DNA from: Elsinoe ampelina
Taxonomy: Eukaryota
Direction: 5' to 3'
DNA: 64,000 nt
Assembly: GCA_010093995.1 (NCBI GenBank)
Contig: ML992503.1
Coordinates: 2,124,919-2,188,918 of the forward strand
A program made the translations under genes and the position numbers. Below, piece by piece: positions 23,955 to 34,202 of the stretch. Each line of letters opens with the position of its first letter. The stretch's first letter is position 1. The notes under the pieces are model-generated. The model saw only the letters and a list, made by a program, of their open reading frames with translations, did no database searches and was not told the DNA's origin.

Positions 23955-26900
23955 ATGCAGAGCCCCATGATATCTGCCCCATTGAAGCAGACGAATGAGA
24001 TTGATTGGGTGCAACCTCTGAAGCATTATATCAGATCTTCCTACGGGGACGAGCCGGAGAGGTACTCGGAAGAATGCGCTGCCCTCAACAGGCTGCGGCA
24101 AGACATGCGAGGTGCTGGGAAGGATAGTGCATCTGGGAGAGATCTATTGTACAGATACTATGGGCAACTGGAACTGCTGGATCTTAGATTCCCAGTCGAC
24201 GAAAACCACATCAAGGTCTCCTTCACCTGGTAAGGACGACGGAAGATGCATAAAGTAACCGGCTGACAACGTACAGGTTTGACGCCTTTACACAGAAACC
24301 CACTTCACAATACTCATTAGCATTCGAAAAGGCGTCCATCATTTTCAATATCTCTGCTGTACTATCATGCCATGCTGCTAATCAAGATCGGCACGAAGAT
24401 ACTGGTCTCAAGACCGCCTACCACTCTTTCCAGGCCTCTGCAGGAATGTTCACTTACATCAACGAGAACTTTTTACACGCTCCTTCGACTGATCTCAGCC
24501 GTGAGACTGTGAAGACGCTCATCTCCGTAATGCTTGCTCAAGCTCAAGAAGTCTTTCTTGAGAAGCAGATCAACGACGACAAAAAGGTCGGTCTACTCGC
24601 CAAATTGGCTGCCCAGGCGACATATCTGTACGGTCAAGCTGTCGAGGGCATCCAGGAGAACGTCAGCAAGGGCATCTTCGAGCGCCCATGGCTGATCCTT
24701 GCCCAAGTCAAGCAATTTTACATGGCCGCGCTGGCTCAATACTATCAAGCTTTAGCGGATAATGACGCCAACTCACACGGCATTGCCATCTGCAGGCTGC
24801 AATCTGCCCTCGCGCAAGCAAAGGAGTCACACAAAATCGCAAATTCATTTCCATCTTCGGTCTCGCAGGACACAAATCTGAGCTCTGAAACAAGCTCGAT
24901 ACTGCTAGAAATGACAAAGAAGCACATCACTGCTTGCACAGAGAAGCTCGCAGAGCTGAACAAGGATAACGACTTCATCTATCATCAGCTTGTGCCTGCC
25001 GAGCCATCTTTGACTGCGATACCGAAACTTCCGGCTGCGAAACCAATTCCAGTAAGCGAGCTGTACCAAGGTCAAGATGTGCAACGAATCATCGGCCCAG
25101 ACATCTTCCAGCGGATTGTACCTATGTCGGTCACCGAGTCAGCAAGTCTCTACGATGAGGAAAAAGCCAAGCTCATCCGTGCGGAGGGCGAACGAGTTGA
25201 GATTGCCAATGACGAGCTTGCTGCATCGCTGGACTACCTCAAGCTTCCAGGAAGTCTCAACATACTCAAAGGTGGTCTCGACCAGGAGATGGCGGTCGAT
25301 CCAGAGTTCCGCAGATGGTGTGAAGATTTCGCCGGCCACGAAAGATTCGGAGGTGTCTTCGAGCAGCTCAATGCCACAAAAGCAGATATCCTGAGAATGA
25401 TCGACAACGCAAGCAACAGTCTCGACAGAGAAGCAAGCGTATGCGAGAAGATGAGGTCAAAATATGGCGCAGAATGGACTCAACAACCAAGTTCAGCGTT
25501 GACAACAACATTACGGACAGACATGCGGAGCTATCGCCAGGCCATCGAGGAAGCTTCGACGAGTGACATGTCTTTGTTCAACATGTCTCGACAATGTGAA
25601 GCGGACTTTGACGAAATGCGATCTGCTGGCGAGACGGACGAGGCTGATGTCCTATATCAACGAGCCATGATCAAAGCAGGTGCGGCGAGAGCAAATGGCA
25701 AGGGCGTCGGCAGCCCGTCACTAATCGAGGGCAATCTTCTCGACGATATCGACGAGGACGACAAGCACTCTGTGTCTGATCAGATTGCCATGGTTGAGGA
25801 GTTGATCCGCAAGCTGAACCTGGTCAAGCGGGAACGACAGCAAGTACTGAAGGACCTCAAGGACAAGGTTGGTGTACTTAAGCAACTTTCCATTGCCATT
25901 GCTTACAAGAACAGATTCACAACGATGACATCTCCAACGTCCTCATCCTTAATAAAAAGGCTGTGACCACGCAAGAGAATCAGATATTCAAGTCTGAACT
26001 CGAAAAGTTCCGACCATTTCAGAGCCGCATTTTGCAATCGAATCACAAGCAGAACTCCCTCATCAAAGAGCTTACCCGGACTTATAGCGAGCTTTTATCC
26101 GACAAGCGTGTCAAATCAGAGCAGAACAAGTACGAGTCGTTCTCGCGGCAACGGAGCTCGGTCATGAACAAGTACAAGAAGATCCACCAAAACTTTGTCG
26201 ACCTACAAGCTGGCGTTGACCGAGGCAGATCATTCTATTCAGACATGAAGGATACTGTGGACAGTATGTGCAAAAACGTCGAGGCTTTTGTAGGTAACCG
26301 CCGGACAGAAGGCAGCGCCCTTCTAGCTTCCTTGGACAATTCAAAGACTGCTGGTGCAGGTGGCGACCAAGCCCGACTGAAAGAGCTCATGGAGCGAATG
26401 TCTGTCACGTCGCCTGCACCAGGAGGCCCACCGGCACCTCGTCCGCCTCAGCTACAGTCTACGCCGTCCTATCAGACGGGGTATGGCCAACCTCAACCTC
26501 CACAGCCTCGCTATCCGCAAGGACCACAGCCCGGGCAATACGGCAGTCCTGCTCCTCAACCACAATCGTATGCTCAAACGCCCATGAATGGCTCGTACGG
26601 CTCGCCGAGTGTAGGCAGCTACGGTAGCCCAGCACCTTATAATCCCAACTCCTACGGCCAGATCTCCCCGCCGGCACATCAGCAATTCTTCTCCCCACCT
26701 CCAGGAAGTCAGCCTGGCTATCCGCAGCAACAACAACATCAGCAGAATCCTCCATACCCTAACATGTCGCAAGGCTATGTTCCACCCCCACCACCTCCTG
26801 GAGGTCCACCACAGCAAAGCTACAATATGCCAACTGGACCTCATCCGTCCGGACCAGGTGGTTATGCCCAAGATCCGAGAAGACAGCCTCCCATGCCTCA

Positions 26901-26976
26901 ACAACACCAACAGCAGCAACACCCTGCTCAACACCAATCGGGGGACCCTTGGGCAGGATTGAATTCATGGCAATGA
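23955..26976 (+). CDS. BRO1: ESCRT accessory protein Bro1; introns 24230-24276, 25868-25914
   Basis: Bro1 domain (YRYYGQLELLDLRFP, SLAFEKAS, KDNDFIYH), V domain and Pro/Gln-rich tail. Confidence 0.92.
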
Positions 26977-27072
26977 GCAATGAAAGATGAACAACAAGTA
27001 TATATCAAATGCAAGACCATCATCCACCCTCTTCTATCCCTTCATTCGTATCCAGTCCCGTGTGCATCATGC

Positions 27073-29095
27073 CTAAATCAATCCTGCACTCTCCAAACCC
27101 TCTCTCACCGCCCTCTCCTCCTCTCCCTCTTCCTCCCCTTTCGCCTGCACCACCTCCACCTCTATCCCGTCGAAATGATTCTCCCAGAACCTCACACCCC
27201 TCGCATCCTGCTCCCTAACCAACACGCCTCTCTCCTCGGCCATCTCCAACTCCTCCCCCGCCACCCCGAGACTCCACCCAAACCTCTCCGCCGTCTCCTT
27301 GACACTCACCCCCCTCCCATACAGTCGCCAATCATACCCCACCGCACCATCCCCCTCCCCATCCCCAATCCCCGCGTACCCCACCCCCTCCACCCCCGGC
27401 CACGCATAAGGCGGCACCTCCCTCCACCCCCTCAACCACTCCCTGATGCCCCTGCACGTAGCCTCATCACTCCTCCCCCTCTCCTGCACGACCAAGACCC
27501 CACTCCTGAACCTCCTCAAGCGCAACGGCAACCTGAGCCCCTCCCACAACGCCGCCGCCGCCTCGAAATCGCGTGGCGAGACGAGTTCGATGCCGTTCCT
27601 GCGCCGGTTGAAGACGGCCCACAGGTCGACGAGCGTCATTATGCCCCCTTCTCTCCGCAAGACGCCGTGCCGGTCGTCGGTGAGGTACTCGGCCAGATCG
27701 CGCGCCAATTGCGTCAGGTACGTCCGTTCCTGCGCCGAGGTGGGCGTGGTGGTGGTGAGCATGTCGCGGGTCACGAGGCCCAGGGCGGAGGCGGACTCGG
27801 CGAGGACGACGGAGGCGGAGGGGTCGGAGGAGGAGGATGAGGTGGGGTTGGACGAGGCGAAGCGTTCGGCGAGCGCGATGACTTCTTTGGCTGATGTCAT
27901 GAGGGCTTCGAGATCTTCGAAGGCGGAGCCCATTACTGCTTCGTTTTCCTTGCGGAGGGCAGAGGTGCGGGATTCGAGGGCGGCGATGCCGATGCGGCGC
28001 GGGGTGGGAGGGGGAAGCGGGGTAGGGGTGGAGGAGAGGGGGAGGGTGGAGTGCGTGGGTTTGGGTGGGGGTGGGGCGGATTCGAGGAGCCATTTGCGTT
28101 GGATGAGGGCTTCTTTGAGGCGGTCGTGGAAGGTGGTGGCGCCGGCTGCACCGGAGCGGAAGGAGAGTTTGATGATTTCCATGGCGGAGGGGTCGGGGGG
28201 GAGCATGGTGGTTGGTGCTGGGGATGCGGACCGAGGGGTGTTGGGTCCTGTGCTGGGGGATATGGAGACGGGTATTGGAGAAGCCCGGGGCAGGGGCGCA
28301 CCGCAGATCTCGCAACTCGTGAGGGATGGATGGTTCCGAAATGTGCAGCGAGTGCAGATTGTTGAGCTTGATGGTGGCGGAGGCCGCGGCGAAGGTGACT
28401 GCACGCCGGCCTGAGACGACACTTGCTGAGCTGGTGGGGTATCTGTAAAGGATGATGATGGTCGGTTCGAAAGAGCTGCTATAGCTGCTTTCGTGACGTG
28501 GACTAGTGGCGGTTTGATACCACATGCGAGACATGGTGGAAGAGGTGTGCTGGCATTCGCTGTGCCTGGATCAAAGTTGGACGGTACAGGGTTGGAGAAT
28601 GAGCAGATGGGGCAGATCCAGGTGGCGTTTGAAGGTGGCGGCGCTGGAGATGCAGGCGCGGGAGTGAAGCCTGATCTCGTCGGTGATAAGGTCGCTGAGT
28701 TGAACGAAGGGTTTCCATATGCTGCTGATGATGTGCGCACCGCCAACGATTGCCGCTTCGGTGTCTTGGGGTACAATGTTATCTTTGGTGACGACTTCAA
28801 GAACCCCGCCTATATCATGTCAGATGGTTTGTACTTCGCAGGAACGACTTGATCTCACGTATAACTCAGGATGATCAACATCCTTCAGGTCGATTGCTAC
28901 CGAACGTTGTCTCGGCTCTTCGTCATCGACATAACAAATCCGATGGGAAGTGAGGTAGGCATGGCCATTCTGATGACCTTCGATCTTGTACTTGTCGCGA
29001 TACAGTCCCACATTGTCCTGAACGAACAGTAAGACCTCTTCTGGTAGTAGTGACGGCCGAAGCGCAGTGGTGAGGTCGAGTTGCCGCAATATCAT
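27073..29095 (-). CDS. VPS36: ESCRT-II subunit Vps36; intron 28810-28858
   Basis: Split GLUE domain (QDNVGLY, YLTSHRICYVD, LSFR), two NZF fingers (WICPICSFSN...CLACG; CTRCTFRNHPSLTSCEICG) and EAP30 region (AFEDLEALM, ELVSPRD). Confidence 0.92.
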
Positions 29096-29575
29096 CCAGT
29101 GTTGTGACGTGACCGCCTTGAGCAGTCTAGGCTAATGTCAGAAGGACAGATGAATTCGATTCCCCTAGACTGGCAAGATAGCCTCGAGAGAGCGTAGAAA
29201 ATACTATGGTAATCTTTTGACAAGCTAAGTTGTAGTGTCAAGACACGCGCTCATACTGATAGATCATGGTTTCTTTGGATCGCGGTGCGTGCCAAGCACG
29301 TGACCAACAACGACAGACTCAACAAGCTGCAGATTTTCGAATCCATGGGTCTGTGGCACATTCACTATCGCAGAAGGTATTTCAAGTATGGTGAGTGGAT
29401 TCATGCGTGGTATCTGAGCCGAGAGTCTACAAGAACACGCCCACGCTATTCTAATCATGCATTCCTCCCCGAACTCCATGCCCATTCCCAATGTGCTGTC
29501 CCTCCCATGAATCATGTCATTGTAAGTCATCGCATTGCTTATAATCATTCCACACCATTCTCTCCCAGACTTCGC

Positions 29576-32500
29576 TCAAGCGGTTCCCTCCCTGCGTTGC
29601 CTCTCCTTCTCGCCTCTCGCCAGCTCAGCTCCGACGCCCAGCGCATAGACAAGTGCAGCGCTAGTAGCACCGACACTGAATGCAAACTTGACTCTCCTCT
29701 TCCAGGACGCTCTTTTCTCATGGCGCCTGGACCGACCCCTGTGGTGTTCGTGATGCTTCCCTGATCCGGAGAAGACTGGCTCCTGCCTGTGCACACGAGG
29801 GTAGTGGCGATAGTATACACCGTCCTTCACGAGAAGCTCCTCGGACTCTTCGCTTTGCTTTGGATCTGCCTCCGCAGGTTTCTCGATAGGGAAGACTGGA
29901 TCATGATTGACGAAGCCAGTGGGAGAGGCATAGTTACCGGTTGCCGTTTCGGTGTGATAGCGAACAGTCCCATCAACAGGGTTGACGGTGCTGGTGGCGG
30001 ACGTTGACTTCTGTGTGACCTTTGTAGCGACTTCTTCGGCAGTATTTGAGCCAGTTGAATGCACCTTGCGGAGTACCAACAAGTTCCCAGAAGCGTGTAT
30101 AGCTTGATAACCTTCTTTCTGCAGGCCGGCAAAATGAGTGACGAAACGAGTGGGCTCAGACACACTTGAGAGCGCTTGTGGTACTGAAATGGGGACCTCG
30201 TTGTCAGCAAAGCGGGAGGTTGTTGAGACGATCTGCATGGAATCGGAAGACCAAGAGTTGTTAGGATCGTAGGCCAGAATCTTGTAGGACGATGGCTCTG
30301 CCCACTGGAAGCCGGAAGGAAGTGCAGACTCGTGAAGTCCAGACGCATTCTGCTGGTTGTCTAGCTTGGCTGAAAGCTCTCTATTCTCGTTGCTGAGTTG
30401 CTGACGGGTCCTGAGAAGCTTCGATTGTTGCCTCATATGCTGCCTTACTTGGGCTTCCAGATTGCCGTTCTCCATTTTCAACTCGTCCTGTTTCGATGTT
30501 GCGCGCTTGACCTGTGACTCGAGGAACTTGACTCTATCCTTGAGCTCCTTTTGCACCTTGTCATAGTCGCTGTGCTGCATGAGACCGTTCTCCTTGCAGA
30601 TCCTTACAACTTCTGAGACTAGCTCGTCCTCTACTTTGGATGATGTGCGAAGGGTGTTGTTCTGCTTGTACCATTTGTCGCTCTTGGCAAATCTGGCAAC
30701 GTTCGTGTCCATATCTCCTTCACCCTTGGTGATAATATCATGGGCATGACGGGTCTCGTACATGCTCATGACTTGCTTCTGAGTCGAGATTTCTGAATCG
30801 AGCATCTCTCTAGCAGCAGCCTGCTTCTGCACCTTCGCCCCATCGACTGGCCTGGTTCGAGGAACGTAACCTTTGCCAGCCAAGAACTGTAAGCTGGGTG
30901 GTAGTAGGAGAGCTGGATCTTTGGCTTGAGTCTTGGGTAGATTATTCATGGCTTTCAACTCCTCTTCAAGTGTGGGACGTCGACCCTTCGAACATGCCTC
31001 TCTCTCCTTCTCATAGCAGGATTGGAGGCCAACAGCTTTGTTGGTATATCCGTCTTCATGCTGCCCCGCCAGGCCTGACTGTGCTTGTGCCGCAACCTGA
31101 GCATCGTGCTCCATCTCATCGGCGAGAGCAGGTCTGATGCCCTTGGCGACTTCTTCGCGCTCTTTTGCATAGGTGCTTTGCAGTCCAATCGGCTCCTTGG
31201 TGTATCCGTCGACCGACTCAGTATTCTCCAAAGGCTTGTTCGCGATCTCGGAGGCAATGTCTGGACGCACCTGGTCGGCAACGGCTTTCCGCTCGTTCGC
31301 GTAGCTGTTCTGCAATCCGATGGGCTGTGTGGTGTAACCATCATTTATCAGGATCTCTTCACCGGGCTTTCTGGAAATTTCTTCAGCAATATCTGGCCTG
31401 TCGTTCTTGGCTACCGCTTCGCGTTCCTGAGCAAAGTTGCTTTGGAGTCCGATCGGGTCAGTGGAATACCCGTCGTTAGTCGGTATGTCTTCCGAGGGTT
31501 TGTTAGCAATCTCCTGGGCGATGTCTGGTCTGGCTCGCTTGAGGACGGCCCTACGCTCGTTTGCGTAGTTGCTTTGAAGACCGATGGGTCTGGTAGTATA
31601 GCCGTCGTTGACTTGCGTATCTTGCAGAGTCTTGCTGGCAATTTCTTCAGCAATATCTGGCCTGCTTTGCTTCGACACGGCCTCGCGCTCGTTGGCGTAG
31701 TTGCTTTGTAGACCAATGGGCTTCATGGAGTAGCCGTCTGCAGGTACGAAATCCTCAGAGCCCTTATTCACAATCTCCTCGGCAAGAGTGGGCCGGTCTT
31801 GATTCTCGACGGCCTTCCTCTCGTTAGAAAATGTCTTCTGGAGTCCTACGGGCTTGTTCGTGTAGCCGTCGTCTTGGTAAGTTTCTTGAACCCTGTTTGC
31901 GATCTCCTGCTCCAGCCCGGGTCGTCCTTCCTGTGCAACTGCCTGGACCTCATTTGCGTAGGTCTTCTGCAGTCCAAGAGGTTCTTGCGAATAGCCATCT
32001 GAAGAGGCAAGACCTTCGAACGCCTTGTTTGAGATTTCCTGGGCCAGAGGAGTCTGCTTTTGATCTGCACATGCCTTCTGCTCTTGTCTGAAGGACGTCT
32101 GCATGCCCATCGGCTTGTCAGAGTAGCCATCAAGCATGGCCAGAGCCTTGCGGATCTTCTTCTGGGCAGCCGGCGTTTCACTGTACATTCTGTTCAAAGC
32201 TGGCTGGATCGTTGTTTCTCCTCGCTGTTTGGTGATTTGCAAACTTGACTTTGCCTTGGACTCGGCAAGCTGCTGCCTAGCATCTTCAATTTGCGAGGTA
32301 ATTTCCTTCCACCGCCTGTCAAAGTCGTTGCTCAGGACACTCCGATCTGTCTTGATGGACTGAGTCGTGCCTTCGCGAGTCCGCAAGGTCTTGCCCATGG
32401 AAGCGCGGATGGCATCAGCGGTCATGAGATCAACGTCATCCTTGGGTAAAATTGAGAGCTTCTCGGCAGTCGACGATTTCTCTTCCACTGGCTTGAGCTG

Positions 32501-33481
32501 AGGCGCGGCTGCCGGAGCAGACCTTGCCTTGGATGCGCGGACCAAAGTCGAAGCTGGACGAAGATCTCCTACAAAACGCTTTACTGGAAGATCAACAGCC
32601 ATGTTGCCTTGACCTGCATGTTTGGACGCCTGAGTGTGGCCCGTAGGATCAAGGGCGTTCGCCGTTGTGCTCGATGGTTTTGAAGGGATCATACGTCCAG
32701 AGATGGGATCATACTCCAAGTGCTTCACTTCGTTAGACGTTGAGTCCCAGCTGGACGAATTCGCCTGAATGACAGGAGCCTTTCCAGATCCTTTGGTAGA
32801 AGAGTAGGAGAAGGATGAGGTCTTCGCGAACGACTTGGCATGTCGTGGTCGGGCCGCATCTTGGGCGGAAGGATCGTGGTTCGAGGCGGTTGTAGGACTT
32901 GCTTCATGGGCCACACTAGCGGACTCGGACTCGCCTTTAGCCCAAGAAGGTATGAGTGGGCCCCACATGGTCGGTGACCAGAATGGATCGAATGGCTTGC
33001 CGAAGACAGCTCGGTATGGATTGGCATCCACATAATCCTTGACAGCGTCCATTTGCTTCCTCCAGCGCTTCTCACCAGGAGACAGCTCATAATCGTCCTC
33101 GGCCTTTGTTTTCTTCCTCACTTCTTCCTCGATCTGAGGCCATCTCTTGAGATTGGATCTGCTCCAGTGACTAGCTGCGCGAGAACCGAGGACTCGGCTG
33201 AAAGGGAGTGGCATTTGCCATTTGGATCGTCGGCGTAGAGCATCACGGAGAGCGGCGCGGACTCGCTGGTGACGCTTGCGGTGGTACTCGTGATATTCGG
33301 GATCGAGGTGCGAATTCCAGGAGTATTCCCTTTGGCGAAAGAAAGTACGTTTCTGCTGTGAAGTTGGCACAGTGGTGTTGGGAATGGTCAGCTGCGTAGC
33401 GAAGGCAATCGCTCGGACGGAAGTAATCGAGGGCCTTCTGAGCCCAGACGAAGAGCTCGCCCGGAGCTGAGGTGGTAGCAT
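29576..33481 (-). CDS. Uncharacterised 1301-aa protein: presequence-like N-terminus, nine ~44-aa repeats, coiled coil, C-terminal TM
   Basis: Single uninterrupted ORF with repeats DGY-x3-P-x-GLQ, YKILAYDP and TGNYASPTGFVN blocks, and a hydrophobic segment near the C-terminus. Confidence 0.85.
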   Translation of the reverse strand: MLPPQLRASSSSGLRRPSITSVRAIAFATQLTIPNTTVPTSQQKRTFFRQREYSWNSHLDPEYHEYHRKRHQRVRAALRDALRRRSKWQMPLPFSRVLGSRAASHWSRSNLKRWPQIEEEVRKKTKAEDDYELSPGEKRWRKQMDAVKDYVDANPYRAVFGKPFDPFWSPTMWGPLIPSWAKGESESASVAHEASPTTASNHDPSAQDAARPRHAKSFAKTSSFSYSSTKGSGKAPVIQANSSSWDSTSNEVKHLEYDPISGRMIPSKPSSTTANALDPTGHTQASKHAGQGNMAVDLPVKRFVGDLRPASTLVRASKARSAPAAAPQLKPVEEKSSTAEKLSILPKDDVDLMTADAIRASMGKTLRTREGTTQSIKTDRSVLSNDFDRRWKEITSQIEDARQQLAESKAKSSLQITKQRGETTIQPALNRMYSETPAAQKKIRKALAMLDGYSDKPMGMQTSFRQEQKACADQKQTPLAQEISNKAFEGLASSDGYSQEPLGLQKTYANEVQAVAQEGRPGLEQEIANRVQETYQDDGYTNKPVGLQKTFSNERKAVENQDRPTLAEEIVNKGSEDFVPADGYSMKPIGLQSNYANEREAVSKQSRPDIAEEIASKTLQDTQVNDGYTTRPIGLQSNYANERRAVLKRARPDIAQEIANKPSEDIPTNDGYSTDPIGLQSNFAQEREAVAKNDRPDIAEEISRKPGEEILINDGYTTQPIGLQNSYANERKAVADQVRPDIASEIANKPLENTESVDGYTKEPIGLQSTYAKEREEVAKGIRPALADEMEHDAQVAAQAQSGLAGQHEDGYTNKAVGLQSCYEKEREACSKGRRPTLEEELKAMNNLPKTQAKDPALLLPPSLQFLAGKGYVPRTRPVDGAKVQKQAAAREMLDSEISTQKQVMSMYETRHAHDIITKGEGDMDTNVARFAKSDKWYKQNNTLRTSSKVEDELVSEVVRICKENGLMQHSDYDKVQKELKDRVKFLESQVKRATSKQDELKMENGNLEAQVRQHMRQQSKLLRTRQQLSNENRELSAKLDNQQNASGLHESALPSGFQWAEPSSYKILAYDPNNSWSSDSMQIVSTTSRFADNEVPISVPQALSSVSEPTRFVTHFAGLQKEGYQAIHASGNLLVLRKVHSTGSNTAEEVATKVTQKSTSATSTVNPVDGTVRYHTETATGNYASPTGFVNHDPVFPIEKPAEADPKQSEESEELLVKDGVYYRHYPRVHRQEPVFSGSGKHHEHHRGRSRRHEKRASWKRRVKFAFSVGATSAALVYALGVGAELARGEKERQRREGTA
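30960..32131 (-). repeat. Nine degenerate ~132-bp (44-aa) coding tandem repeats
   Basis: Consensus DGY[ST]xxP[IV]GLQxx[YF]xxERxAVxxxxRPx[IL]AxEIxxK read directly from the translation. Confidence 0.9.
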
Positions 33482-33836
33482 GACGACTAGACAGCGTTAG
33501 ATCACATCGAAGACCGATCGTAGAGCAAATTGTGAAGACGGCGGTTGTGCAGCAGTGAGGGAGGAGGTGAGGTTGCCGTTGCAGCTGGCAGTGAGCATTC
33601 CAAACGCGGGGTTGATCGACACGTGCGGCTGCCTGGACTTGTTGCTTACAGGAAATGGTGCTCAGCTAGCACGAGATTATCATGGGAGATCAGGCAAGTC
33701 TTGAGTGGTGACTTGCTCCCATTCACCGAACCAGTCGCCAGCGATTCGACAGATGGACACAGAGGGGGATGAGAGTGACAGACCAAATGCATTCGGGGTC
33801 TCTCGTCTTATCGGGCCAACGCGGGGAAAGGGAAAG

Positions 33837-33978
33837 TGTTGTAATGGAAGGCTGGTACAGCTTCTCTGGTACTGAAGAACTGGTACTGATGAGTCAGCGC
33901 ACGCACAGTAGATAAATCGGTTATTGTAACTCTCTAAATGAAACACACGTCTCTCGATCCGATTTGCTAGTTATAACA
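33837..33978 (+). repeat. 5' LTR (142 bp)
   Basis: TGTTGTAA...TTATAACA, direct repeat of 40347-40488 with 11 transition differences by manual alignment. Confidence 0.95.
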
Positions 33979-33990
33979 GGTTATGAGCCC
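33979..33990 (+). promoter_or_regulatory. Primer binding site GGTTATGAGCCC (half-tRNA-iMet type, as in Ty5/copia)
   Basis: Immediately follows the 5' LTR and lacks the TGG start of a full-tRNA 3'-end PBS. Confidence 0.75.
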
Positions 33991-34202
33991 AGCGCTTCTA
34001 TAAAAGCACTTAAAGCTATAGCAAATTAAGTATGTTATTATTAAAAGGATTACTAAGCCGCCTATACTAAATTCTAGACTAGCTACATTAAGATAAACAC
34101 TTGTAGTAGCCCGTATTAACCCTTTAATTAAACGGTTTAAACGGCTTAAACAAGCTAATTACATTAATTAAATTAATAGGCCTTTAGCTAATTACTATTA
34201 TT

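Noticed and set aside
29285..29764. 159-aa plus-strand ORF between VPS36 and the repeat protein
   Set aside because: Non-ATG start, overlaps the 3' end of the opposite gene, and no motif.
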